NCBI RefSeq assembly: GCF_006345805.1
Contig: NC_042997.1
Coordinates: 51,832,001-51,896,000, forward strand
DNA: 64,000 nucleotides
DNA from: Octopus sinensis
Taxonomy: Eukaryota
Direction of reading: 5' to 3'
Every line of letters starts with the position of its first letter. Within the stretch, counting starts at the first letter, position 1. A program made the position numbers and the translations under genes. Shown here piece by piece: positions 13,660-26,469 of the stretch. The notes beneath the pieces were generated by a model, which worked only from the letters and a program-made list of their open reading frames with translations, searched no databases and was not told the DNA's origin.

Positions 13660-14414
13660 TTTGTCATTGCCTCCGTGAAGCTCAGTGCTCAAAAGGTGCT
13701 TTTTACATGCCATTGACGTGGTTCCTAGTTCCATGACACCAGCCTTGGCTACATTACCTCCATGAGGCCCAATGCTCAAAAGGTGTTTTTTATGTGCCAC
13801 CAGCACAGGTGCCCGTTACATAACACCAACAACAGCCATAACTATGATTTCACATGATTTGACAGGTCTTTGCAAGCACAGCATATTGCCAAATGTCTTG
13901 GTCGTAAGTCATTACCTCCATGAGGCCCAACGTTCGAAGATCATGCCTCACCACTTCATCCCATGTCTTCCTGGGTCTCCATCTTCCACAGCTTCCTTCC
14001 ACTGGTAGAGATTGGTATTTTTTCACACAACTGTTCACATCCATATGCATCGCATGACCATATCAACACAGTTGTCTCTCTTGCACACCACATCTTATGC
14101 TGCTTATACCTAAAGCATACTAGCTTAATTTCTTTCAAGCTTATGCATGTCATCAGAAGTCACAGCCAATGTTTCACTGCCATGTAGCATGGCTGTTTGG
14201 ACACAGGCATCATACAATTTGCTTTTCACACTGAGGGAGAGGCCCTTTGTTATCAACAGAGGTAGGAGCTCTCTGAACTTTGCCCAACTTATTATTCTAG
14301 CAGCTACGCCCTCTGAGCATCCATCCCTGCTGCTGGCTTGGTCACGTAGGTAATGGAAGCTATCAACTACTTCTAGTTTTTCTCCCTGGCATTTGATGGA
14401 GTCTATTTTCTGTA
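13660..14414 (-). mobile_element. RTE LINE 3' fragment
   Basis: CGRWRPRKTWDEVVRHDLRTLGL..DQDIWQYAVLAKT C-terminus, plus 3' UTR units gctcaaaaggtgctttttacatgcca homologous to 18897-19165. Confidence 0.9.
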
Positions 14415-15630
14415 CATATTTAGTGTTAATGTAATTTCAAACAAGGTAGATCAAGAATCACATTAGCACTAAGTTGTGGAAGAACATTTATTGAAATTGT
14501 AGTAATACAAAATCTGTTAGTTTGGAACTATCTATAGAAACAATACCATGTTGAGTTGGTTTGCTAATTTTTGGCAGATGAACTTCTTAGATTAGCCTAT
14601 TTCTATGAGAATTTCAACTGTTTTATCTAACATTGTAATAAAAAATGTCAGGGGTCTAGTTGCCGAATATACAGTCATCAAAGAAATTGGATATAGAGTG
14701 AATAGCTTAAGATGATGTTTTTAGATTAAAGGGTAGATGTGACCATAGCCTAATGTTTTACTCTTTTATACTTTCAACAAAGAGCTGTTTTAGTTGGACA
14801 TGAGGCACAAGAGTGGATCTTTCAAGTTGCTCTAGAAAAACGTGTTCCAAGTTTTAGGATTAGCTGCTGAAGATCATTCAAATTTACCATTTAAGTTGTC
14901 TGTCTTCACTTTGATAGAATTTTGCATTAGGCTGAGGTTGTTCCAAAGAGATCTACAGATGGTACTATCCAGTGTTAAGGTTTTGTTCCCTAGTAGTATG
15001 GTACTGATAATGTTTAAATATATTCCATATATAAAGGAATCTCTTATAAATGATGATTTATTTTCTTCAATATTGTAATCATTTGTTCATACAATTAGAT
15101 TATATGGAAATTCATTTGTGTTTTTATCAGGGTTTTGAACTTGTATTGAGAGAAATTGTCTGGTATATATATTTCATTGGGTACTTTCATATAAGATTCC
15201 TTTTATCATTTAAAACATTATCAAAAGTTTTGAAATCCTGTGTAATGTCTACATTAGACCTTATATATAGAACAAAAGCTCTAGCTTATTAGGTTTAAGG
15301 TCAGTTATTAGGAAATATTTAAATCCCCTTGTCTATAACTCCTTATCACAATGAGGAGAGTTTGTTAAAATCTCAAATTTGTTTGATTTAGCTATCTTGT
15401 CTTTATTGATTAGTAATTGAAAACTTTTAAGTTCTCTAATCTGTTATGTTAAAGATGCAGAGGCTATCTTGTGGTTTATAATTACTGGCTAGAAACAAAA
15501 TTTCAACAGATATTGTGGTAATTGTATTTGTGACCAAGTTACAGATGTTACAAAACTTTTTAACACTTCATATTAAGAAATGTTAATGTGAATATAACAG
15601 TTTCTTTGGTGTTTTTAAATGAATAAAAAT

Positions 15631-15985
15631 CCTTTTCCACGATATAACTATGTGATATATATATATATATATATATATATAACAAAATTAGAAAATGGAG
15701 AAACATACTTAAATCAATCAAACATCAACCATCAGATGATACCCAAACAATACTTTATTACACCATTACATAACAGTAAAGGCATTATACAAAATATATT
15801 GTAAATATAATTAGACAAGGAAATAGAAATATAAAATATAAAATATAATATGTAATTATATCATATCTGACAGCTGTTTCGGCAATAAGGGCAAGCATGC
15901 CTCATTTAACCTATAAGCCATATAAGGCAGGTATAAATGAGACATTAACAAGGATGCCCCACGGCCTCTTCAGAGAATTTAATAA

Positions 15986-16028
<43 letters not shown>

Positions 16029-16070
16029 ATAGTTATATATATATATCACATAGTTATATCATGGAAAAGG
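15631..16070. repeat. Cassette bounded by a 30-bp inverted repeat with internal (TA)n tracts
   Basis: 15631-15660 ccttttccacgatataactatgtgatatat vs reverse complement of 16041-16070: 29/30 identical. Confidence 0.85.
15866..15976 (-). ncRNA. Candidate type I hammerhead ribozyme (Penelope-like) with a long helix II
   Basis: Minus strand reads UCU-CUGAAGA-GGC...GCC-GAAA-C-AGCU-G-UC-AGA, with complete core and palindromic helix III (ACAGCUGU). Predicted cleavage is after 15869. Confidence 0.7.
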
Positions 16071-16114
16071 TCTCTAGAGCAGTGGAAGAATGTTATTTTC
16101 TTGGACGAGTCCTC

Positions 16115-16318
16115 CTTTACCTGACTGGCTCCCATGCTGGTGGCACATAAGCAACCACTACACTCTTGGGAGTCGTTAGCATTAGGAGAGGCATCCAGTT
16201 GTAGAAACATTGCCAGATCAGATTGGAGCCTGATGCAGCTTCCTGCCTTGCTTGTCCCCAGTCAAACCATCCACCCCATACCAGCATGAAAAATGGACGT
16301 TAAACGATGATGATGATG
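16115..16318 (+). mobile_element. RTE 3' tail fragment
   Basis: ctacactcttgggagtcgttagcattaggagaggcatccag...ccagcatgaaaaatggacgttaaacgatgatgatgatg, homologous to 19150-19324. Confidence 0.85.
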
Positions 16319-16320
16319 TA

Positions 16321-16379
<59 letters not shown>

Positions 16380-17320
16380 ATATGTATGTATGTGTGTATA
16401 TGTGTGTGTGTGTTTATGTATATATATGGGTAGGTATTTGTGTGTGTATATAAAATATTAAATATGTTATAGAAAGTATGGGTTATTTACAGTGCTCATA
16501 GAGAGCCAGTGCAAAACATACAGAGTAGGAGTAGAAGTTGAAAACCCAAATCACAGGCAGTCAAACATATTCCTGAACGCATAAATGAAGATATTCCATC
16601 AATGTAATTGAATCATATATATTTATACACATCAACATAAATCATGCATGTACAGGTGTAAAGATTCTTCAGGGGTATAAAGAATAAAAACCAAACAAAC
16701 ATAAAATTATAGAAGAAATATAAAAACATAAAAATACATATAAAATTACATATAAATAAAGACATGTAAAAAGTTATGCGTGATAAATATAGGAGGTGCA
16801 GAATGAATGAGAGTTGATAAATGTAGGAATAAAAATGTCAGCCTTCAAAATGGCAAACTGCCTAAATCTTCTAAAAATTCTGTATACATCTAGGATATAA
16901 AATAGAAATTATGCAAGATATCAATGTTAAGAGAAATAAATAAAATAGGATCTGAGAATAAGAGGGTGTTCCATCAACAGCCATCTCAAGGGTACATAAA
17001 TGTTCAGGATTAAAAAGTATATACTCCATATATGCAATGTCCTCATCATCAGGATGATGTCCTCCTTTGTGGTTGCCATTGTACTAATAAAACAGAATCA
17101 AGAGTTCCTAATATAATGTTTTACAGCTCGTATGCAAATGATCACGTTTTCTATGAGCAGAAGAATCCAAATACTAGGGAATCATAATTATAACTACAAA
17201 CATTCTAATTCAATTACCTAGTAGACCTAATTTTATAGGTTTTCAGAAATGGCTACAGGAGGGGATTGCATCTGAAAACTTACTTAACATATCAGCATTA
17301 TATAATTTAAGGATTATGTA

Positions 17321-19324
17321 TTAGATGAGATGCAGTTTGGGTTCGTGCTTGGGAAAAGGACCACTGATGCTATATTTCAGGTAAGACAGCTGCCAGAGAA
17401 ATACCTAGCCAAAGATAAACCTCTGTACCTGGCTTTCGTTGACATAGAGAAAGCCTCTGACAGGGTCCCCTGATCTCTTATCTGGTGGTCAATGAGGAAA
17501 CTAGGGATAGATAAATGGTTAGTGAGAGCTGTGCAAGCCATGTGCAGAGATGATGTCAGTAAGGTGAGGGTTGGCAGCGAGTACAGTGGAGAATTCTGAG
17601 TTGGGGTAGCGGTCCACCAAGGATCAGTCCTCAGCCCCCTCTTATCATTGTCCTCCAGGCAATAACAGAGGAATTCAAGACAGGATGCCCCTGGGAGCTC
17701 CTCTATGCTGATGACCTTACTCTAATTGCTGAGTCACTATCAGAACTAGAGGAAAAGTTTCAGGTGTGGAAGCAAGGATTAGAATTGAAAGGCCTTAGAG
17801 ACAACCTAGCTAAAGCCAAAGTCTTAATAAGTAGGAAGGCAGACAAACCACAAATCCCATCAGGAAAATGGCTCTGCTCGATCTGTAGAAAAGGCATAGG
17901 TAGAAACTCCATAAGAGATGCAGCAATATCAAAGGGAGGCTAACTGGGAAGATAGTTTTTGTATGTGGCAAATGCTCAGGTGTTATAAGCACAGAAAATG
18001 TGCAGAGAACAGCTTCTGTCACATTCCAGGGAGAAAAACTAGAAGTAGTTTATAGCTTTCGTTACCTAAGGGACCAAGTCAGTAGCAGGGGTGGATGCTC
18101 TGAAAGTGTAGCTGCTAGAATAAGAATAGCCTGAGCAAAGTTCAGAGAGCTTCTACTTCTGCTAGTGACAAAGGGCCTCTTGCTCAGAGTAAAAGGAATA
18201 CTGTATGACACATGTGTGTGAACAGCCATGCTACATGGCAGTGAAACATGGGCCGTAACTGCTGAGGATATGCATAAGCTTTCAAGGAATGAAGCTAGTA
18301 TGCTCTGCTGGATGTGTAATGTCAGTGTGCATACACGACAGTGTAAGCACCCTGAGAGAAAAGTTGGATTTAAGAAGCGTCAGATGTAGTGTGCAAGAGA
18401 GATGACTGCGCTGGTATGGTCATGTGTTATGAATGAATGAGGACAGCTGTGTGAAAAAGTGTTACACCCTAGTAGTTGAGGGAACCTGTGGAAGAGGTAG
18501 ACCCAAGAAAACCTGGGATGAGGTGGTGAAGCATGACCTTCAAACATTGGGCCTTACTGAGGCATTGACTAGTGACCAGGAAATTTGGAGATATGCTGTG
18601 CTTGAGAATACCTGACAAGCCAAGTGAGACCATAGCCTATTTATGAATACCCTCATTCATTGGACAATAAACCTTGCTTGTGAAGACCTATTGAAGCAAG
18701 TGAAACCAAAATCACTGACATGGCTGATGACAGTACTGCCTGATTGGGGTGTAACGGGCCCACTTTGAGTACTGCTCATTCATTGGACAGTGAACTTTGC
18801 TTGCGAAGACCTACTGAGGCAAGTGTAAACAAACCAAAATCACTGACATGGCAGATGACAGTCCCGGCTGATTAGCACTCATGCCAGTGGAACATTGAAA
18901 AGCATATCTGAGTGTGATTGTTGCCAGGGCCACAGATGTCTCCCGTACTGGTGACACATGAAAAGCACCATTCAAGCATAATCATTGCCAGCATCACCTT
19001 ACTGGCACATGTGCCAGTGACATGTGAAAAACCACATTTAAGCGTGATCGTTGCCAGTGCCACCGGACTGGCTCCCGTGCAAGTAGCACATAAAAACATC
19101 TTTTGAGCGTGGTTGTTACCAGAACCGCCTGACAGGCTCTCATGCTGCTGGCATGTAAAAAGCACCTGCTACACTCTCGGAGTGGTTGGCATTAGGAAAG
19201 GCATCCAGCTGTAAAAACTTTGCCTGATCAGATTAGCCTGGTATAGCCTCTGGCTTACCAGTCCTCAGTCAAACCGTCCAACCCATGCCAGCATGGAAAA
19301 CTGACATTAAATTATGACGATGAT
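17321..19324 (+). mobile_element. 5'-truncated RTE LINE (RT pseudogene + long 3' UTR)
   Basis: LDEMQFGF..TTDAIF, AFVDIEKA, VHQGSVLSPLL, LLYADDL, CGRGRPKKTWDEVVKHDL with stops and frameshifts; ends in a (gat)n tail. Confidence 0.95.
18652..19165 (+). repeat. Tandem repeats in RTE 3' UTR (2 x ~95-bp at 123-bp spacing; 4 x ~65-bp units)
   Basis: ctcattcattggac...ctgatt at 18652 and 18775; units starting aaaagca/aaaaaca/aaaaacc from ~18897. Confidence 0.8.
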
Positions 19325-19465
19325 ATATGTGTGTGTATATATGTATGTGTGTGTGTGTATATATGTATGTGTGTGTGTATATATATGTATGTATGTGTAT
19401 ATATATATATATATGTGTGTGTGTGTATATATATGTGTGTGTGTGTATATATATATGTATGTGTG

Positions 19466-19498
<33 letters not shown>

Positions 19499-19670
19499 AT
19501 ATGTATATGTGTGTGTGTATATGTATGTGTGTGTATATGTATATGTATGTGTGTGTATATGTATATATATGTGTGTGTGTGTATATATATATGTATGTGT
19601 GTGTATGTGTGTGTGTATGTATGTGTGTGTGTGTATATGTATGTGTGTGTATATGTATATGTGTGTGTGT

Positions 19671-19702
<32 letters not shown>

Positions 19703-19711
19703 ACATGTATA

Positions 19712-19743
<32 letters not shown>
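19323..19743. repeat. Compound (TA)/(TG) microsatellite, ~420 bp
   Basis: Uninterrupted purine-pyrimidine alternation; it produces the spurious YVCV/THTH ORFs. Confidence 0.98.
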
Positions 19744-19744
<1 letters not shown>

Positions 19745-22700
19745 TCCGGCCAGCTGTTAGATTAAAAGGAAATGAAATTCTCATCCCTGAGCTTGAAAAA
19801 CTTGTTCAATTCTCATCAAATACATTTGAATAGAAACAATTTCAAAAATGTTCTAGTAAATGTTTTGAAGAAACTTTTCTTTGTATTTTGTCCATTCCAT
19901 CTTCGATAATAGATGCTGTATATATGATTTTTCTGTGCTGCACATCCTAGGACAGACTACTATTAGCAAACCTATTTATCTTATTGTAGCAGAAACTAAC
20001 ACAAATTCATATGTGAAGAGCAGGTGTTTTGAAAACCAGCTGTATTGATTTGTGAGGTTAATCAGTTATCTTTCATTTCTTATGCAATTCATTTCATTTA
20101 CTTGAATTTGTTGAGAATAATTACAATAGTAGCATTTTTGGCAAATGTTATATTTATCATGTCTTTTAATTTTGATTAAACTTCTCACTGTATTTTGTGT
20201 GTTTGTAAGTTTTTAATTCCCACCAATTACTAATGTTGCTGGAGAAATTGTTTTTTAACTGTTACAAGTTAAAAATTAGATACAATTTTTTCCTAGTATC
20301 TAGAATGTTAAATTCTAGGCAGACTTACTATGTTCTTTTCATGTAAGATTACTCATAGTTAAGAAGTCTTTCTTTTACAGCAGTGAATTTTCTTGTAATG
20401 GCTTATGTTATGATGGTCATCATTTTTATACTTGAACACTTTTGCAGCTAAATTCCATATATAGTCGGAATAATGAAAATCAACTGCTAATGACAGATAA
20501 ATTTTAAATGGAACTGCTTTTTTTTAAAATCAGACTTGGTCATATTTTCTTCTATGAAAGTGTTTTGCAATTTAAATTAAGAGTAGGGCTTAATCTTGTC
20601 ATTTATTTTCTAATAATTTTTGCCAAGTTATTGCTATCAGATATTCAGTGATTTGATTAAAATGTAGTGAATTTTAATATTCATTATTTCTGATTTCTGT
20701 TTCTAAAGTCTAGATTTGTTTCTTGTTTTACTTTGACTTCAACTTCTATTTGACATCTCGGATTACTATTTCACAAGTGTGGAAAAATCTTCCAATTTTA
20801 AGTATTATAAATTAAACAAACCAAAAATAATACCACTGGAATTTCCTTCAAGATTAGAGAAATTAAAAGAAAAGGTAATTTAACTAAGAACTCTTATCCA
20901 AACTTTTCTAGTTTTTCTGTTTCGCTCTTGAAATATGAAAACCTTGAAAATGTTTGAATTTGTTCCACAGAAGAAAATCTTTCTGACCATTTGGTTATGA
21001 ATCAAAAGTTCAGACTATTGCTGCTACTGCATTATGAAAGCATAAACTAATAAATTCTGAAGGAGCATTCTGCATTTTTATTAAAACAATTTTAGGACAA
21101 TATCAGCCAAGCTCTTTCTCCAAAGTAATCTATCTACTGATATGTTGTAAACCTCATTCACATGAATTTCTCTTTTCTACTTTGCTATTAAGTAGTTTAA
21201 TTTCAGTAGATTATGTATTTCTACTTAGATATGACATACACTAATTTAAAATGTATAGCTGCAGATTTAGTCCTTCGTTTTTCCAATTTTTGAAAATGAG
21301 TTGTGCTTCACTTAATGCTTTCTGTACTGTGTAGAAAATATGTAATGGGTATATCAAATTAATTTGAGTCTGAATACCAGCATTTTCAGCTAACCACAGA
21401 TATAAAGAAATTTGATGTGAGTGGAAAAAAAAAAGTAGGGGGAATCTCTGTCAGCTTATTATTATTAGCTTTATGATATTAACTCAGATGATAGACAGTA
21501 ATTAGATATTTGACCGCAATTACAGGTTCAGTAGCCTAAGATTGACAAAGAGCAAACCTAATTACACTCCTAACTAACAATATTATACACGGTTATAATA
21601 TTCCAGTAGCCATCATATTCCAGCCACTACACATAAATTGCTTCTAAAGGAAGTGACACACTAAAAAGGGTAAGCAGTATTTTAAAACTATTAGGTCAAC
21701 TAATAAAAATCAGAAGTGGTTTTAGAATTGAAGGAATGATCTTTTGAATGTATGACAACATTCTGAATAGGGTCTTTTGTAACTTGATAGCAAAAAACTA
21801 TATGGCAAAAGGTCTATTTTACTTTTATCAATCCAGCAACTGTTGCTATAAATTCTCATGGCCTATATACTATGAAAAATTAGTAGTAAGTTACATATAT
21901 GTCTTACAAGCAATTATGTTTGGGTATGTTGCATGCCTAATTTAGCCTTAAATCTTGGTTCAAAATTTTTTCCCTTTGCTCCTTATAGAAGTCATATCCT
22001 AGTTTTTCATTTGTAGCAGGTAGTGTTATAGTTAGAAGAGTAATGGAAGTGTGTCTATACAAATAATATATGTATGCATGTAGTATACATTTATACAATA
22101 TGATATTATAGATGCATTTCAGAAAAGGCCCAATCCCAGTGCTCATTAGAAAGGCTGGTAGGAAAAAGTATGGTGATGGATTTCTGCCATTGGTGGCCAA
22201 GGAGTTTGTGAATGATATATATAAATAAAACAAGTTTTCGCACAGTTTTTGTCTTCCAAATTCCATTTGGTCAACCTGGTTAGAGACATTTAAATAAGGA
22301 GTCACACAGTGGGAATGAACCAAACAGTAAATGATTTCAAATCAAAGTTCTTAACCATGTGACTATGTTTGCACTAAATCTACATTAGATTTATTTTTCT
22401 GAAGCTTTAATTAACATTTTGCTATTTATTCTATACGAGTTGCAGAATTGTAAAGTGCCAGACCTTGCAGTACTTTGTGAAGTCCCTTGACACTCTGAGA
22501 TTGAATTTCTCCATAGTTGACTTTACCTTTCTAGAGTCAATAAACTAACAATCAATGAAGATGCCAAGTTGAATTATTTGATAGTAGCAACCTGCCATGT
22601 GGCAAAATTTCAAGCTTTTATCCTGCCTTTTCAATTAAATGATCTGAAATTAAAATTATTTAAAAAGTTAGTATCATTCAAAATCAGCTCATCCATGACC

Positions 22701-24107
22701 ATCCCTTCTTTTTTTTCAAGCAGTCTACATCTTGGACCATATTATTTAATGTGTCCTTTCTTTTGTAAGAGGGTAAGATGTGATTTGAAGATTTGGCTGC
22801 TATTTATAGTAGGGAAAGTGATTGCATCAAGGCTCTGTTGGTTCATATTTTTTAGCTTTTCAAATGAGTTTTCTCTACAAATAATTTATCTATTTGTAAT
22901 AAGATATTTCTGAATACCAAAGTGTCATGAACATTTACTGCAATTTGGAGATTAATATGCACTACTTTGATTGTAGAGTATTAGTATATTTCTAAGATGT
23001 GTTTTATTTCCTGAAATTGAATGAAACATTATTAACCAGTTTCAATATTGAAAGTAGTGCATGCCCAAGCTGAGAAGTCACATGTTTATTCTTTTTTGTT
23101 TTTTATTTATAGACTACTCTTGTCAAAACAAGTTGCTCAAATTTGATTTTTATTAAAAATTGATTTTACTTGTGTATATAATACATACTCATTACTCAAA
23201 TATTTTTTATTTGCCCTAGATATTGTTTGATTGCTTTTACCTATTGTCCATTGAAATTATGCACAATTTGCATATTACTTCTTAAATATGCAGTTGTTTA
23301 TGACACGCTAAAACTTGTCTTGCTTGTTTAATGTGATATTGTGTGTTAGATGTTTTTTTTTATGGAACTCTAGTTTTTATAGATATGTGCTTACTAAAAC
23401 AAAACAACTTAAAGATATCTTTATCTAACTTCTACTGTTGTAATTTTGATAAAGGAATATGCCAATAAAAATTTGGGGAAAAATAAAATTAAATAATTTA
23501 GTAATGATTGTTGTGTTTTAGAAGTTTAAAAAAATACTACAAGTCATAACTCATTTTGGCTGTGTTCTCAATATCAAATTATTAAATATTTATTAAATGT
23601 ATACACAATTTAAGTTGTATGCATGTAATAAGAATAATTTAGAAGAAATACATCTTGAGTCAAATTTTCCTGTTTCAATATGTGATTTTTATGATCATAT
23701 TGAACTTATTACTAATATATAATGTTCCCTCACATAACCCAGTCAGCCTGCTTAAAGCAGGCTTATTATTAAAAAGAAAACATTCCAGTTATGAACATTC
23801 CCCTCTTCTTTTCAAACATAGGCCTTTCGGCAATATTGTTGTCTTAGTTTTTCAATTTAAGTTTCTGTTAGGTATTTTTCTCTGTTATATTTTGTTAGGT
23901 AACTTGTGTAGCTTGTATGACTAAGGTTTGGATATATTTGTTTCACTAAATATTTTGGGAAGTATGCAATTTTTCTATTGAGCTTTCAAAACCGTTTTGG
24001 TTGTCTCTATGGCAGAGATCAATTTGACATTACTTTGTTTTCCTCCGTCTATTGAAATCTCATTGAAGGCATGCCCATTTAGGCACAGGTTTGACTGTGG
24101 AGACACA

Positions 24108-24272
24108 AGTGCAGCTATTTGGTAAGAAAATTGCTTCCCAACTGCATAGTTTGGTTCACTCCTACTGCTTGGTACCTTGGGCAAATGTTTTCTGCTATAG
24201 CCCCAGGCTGGCCAAAGCTTAATGAATGGATTTAGAAGGCAAAATTTGAAAGAAACCCATCTTGTTTGTGTG
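24108..24272 (+). mobile_element. tRNA-derived SINE, 5' half
   Basis: ggtaagaaaattgcttccc...accttgggcaaatgttttctgctatagccccaggctggccaaagc. Confidence 0.75.
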
Positions 24273-24689
24273 TGCATGTATGATTTTTCTTTAAGTTCTT
24301 TTTGAGAGAGTTCAAGCTGGTTGCCAACAAAGCAACAAGACTTTTTGAATTAAGAGAGTTTTCAGTGTTTGTAAATACATGGTTAAGTTGATGTGTTGAT
24401 TGAACTGTCAATGCATACATCCAAGTGTGTACATCTATTCACGTAAGAATCTCATATGAAAAACTTTTGAAATGTCGTACAAATCTTCACTGTTCCACTA
24501 ATAGATTGGATTTGGAGGATCCACATCACTTTCTTTTGCACTTATTTCATGAAACTGAGTATTTCTAGGTTTTTGTGCAAATTTGTTGGTACATAACCTA
24601 ATGCACCTATGATGATTGGTACAAATGTGAATTCAGTCATATGTATGTATGTGTTAATTAATTAATTACTGTTTCTTTGCTTTGACTTT

Positions 24690-24900
24690 GTGGATAGCTG
24701 CAAGCAAATGCTACCATAATGCAAGTGATTTCATTTGCATCCAGTCTTCTGTGAAAAACATGTCTGATCATGGAGAAATATTACCTTATTTGAAAACAAG
24801 TGAGGGTTGGTGACAGGAAGGGGATCCAGTCATAAAAAGTCTACCTCAAGAAATTCCAGCTGACTCTTGCTGACATAGAAAAGTAGACGTTGAAATGATG
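24690..24900 (+). mobile_element. SINE 3' half with RTE-type tail
   Basis: catggagaaatattacc...gagggttggtgacaggaagggg...gtagacgttgaaatgatg, homologous to 2440-2601. Confidence 0.7.
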
Positions 24901-26469
24901 TATGTAAGGAATCACCTATCCATTAGTTGATGTCAGTTTAAGCTTTTCCTTACTTCTCTTAAGATCTTTTTCTCTTTTTCCTCTAACCTTGATTACCAAG
25001 AGGATTCTTAAATATGATTCATGTGGATCTGTGCCCATGGCAGTTGAGCTTTTTTCATTTAGTATTTAACAGCATTTTCTGCTTTACATTCTCATATTGC
25101 CAACATATTTGTAGGTAAACATAAACAAGTTACCAACTTCTTTGTTAGTAATTTATCCTTTTTTTTTTATTTTGTTATGCTACCAATACTACTACATTCC
25201 AGTTGTTTACATTTTCTTGACAATATTTTGGCAATGCTTATATTTCTTCATCCATTCATTACAACCATTACAACATACATATAATACAATGCATTGCACT
25301 GAAATTGGAGTGTAACAAATGCAGTTCTTACTGTGAATAGCTAACTTTTTATTTCTTTTCTTTTTTCTTGACTGTCCATTCAAACACTATTTTTCTGCTT
25401 TTTTAGTATTGACCCAAATACTTGAATTTCCTTTTTCACTTGCCTCAACTTCAGTCCATTTGACTTGTTTTTATGACCACTCTGTGCTGTTCCCATTTGT
25501 GTGCCAATTGTTTTGCTGTCTTTTCTCTTTGCCTTTATTAACTATTGTGATATTACGATTGTTAGCTTTTCAATGGTATTTCTGCTTTATGGGAAGTTTA
25601 CTCCATTTTCACTCTTTATATTGAAGCAACATGGGGAGAACTCACCTTCTTGCCTTTCTGCCTGGGTTAATAGAATACTTCAAAATATTTGTTTGGTTTA
25701 CCTGAAATAGTTCCATTAATATAATTTTTATAATGGCTTTTCTTTCATATGAACAGTAGTTCATTGGATACATAAATGTTTTGGTATAACAAACAAGTTT
25801 ATACAAGTTGTCATTAAAAGAGTTACATTAATGTCATATCAGGTTTGTAAATTTATTTATTGAAATTTTAATTTTGTTATACTTTTTATTGAAAGTCTGC
25901 ATTATAGAAGTGGCAACTCCTAAAATTGAAATAAAATGATTGTTACAGTTGAATGTATGTACATATGGAGTATCTATCTGGTGAGAAGAGTGTCTCCCAA
26001 AGAGATTAGAAAATCCAGATTAGACATGGAACAGTGAAAAAACTGAAAAGTGTTTGTGTAAAGTATAATTGTGAAATTGTGTTAAATGACACATATTTCA
26101 ATAGAGCTGTCAAAAAGAGCATAGTGAAGCAGACCTATGGTACTTTCCAACGCAAACCACTGAACAGTTTTGTGTTACAGCTAGACAAGAACTGTGAGAT
26201 AAGGGACAAGCTTGGCAAGTGTGGAAGTGATGGAAGAGCAAAAAATAAAAGTTTGAGATTTAGTGAAATTTAGAAGACCCTGCACAAGGAAGATGAGAGA
26301 TATGAAGTATTCTGAATGGCAGCATAGTGAGATGCAAAGTATTCTGATGGCAAGATAGAAAATTGAATCTACAATGATTCTTATTTCTAATAACAATGAA
26401 AAGAAAAAGGCATACAGGTATCATATAGAGGGCTTGTTGTACAAGTAATATGAATGTGCAACATTAGTG

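Noticed and set aside
14560-15200. Penelope-like RT remnants on the minus strand
   Set aside because: Motifs are too short, need frameshifts and have compressed spacing; mentioned only as a lead.
17245-17310. Possible exon KWLQEGIASENLLNISAL before the RTE
   Set aside because: No convincing donor and no similarity to USP32.
18897-19165. CRISPR-like repeat/spacer appearance
   Set aside because: Units are homologous along their whole length, lie in a LINE 3' UTR, and the context is eukaryotic with no cas genes.
19269-19833. Four overlapping 144-171 aa ORFs (YVCV.../THTH...)
   Set aside because: They are translations of a dinucleotide microsatellite. The same applies to the ORFs at 28422-28900, 16252-16461 and 2052-2249.
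21937-22323. 128-aa minus-strand ORF and a nearby plus-strand acceptor
   Set aside because: No recognisable domain and no consistent splice pair.
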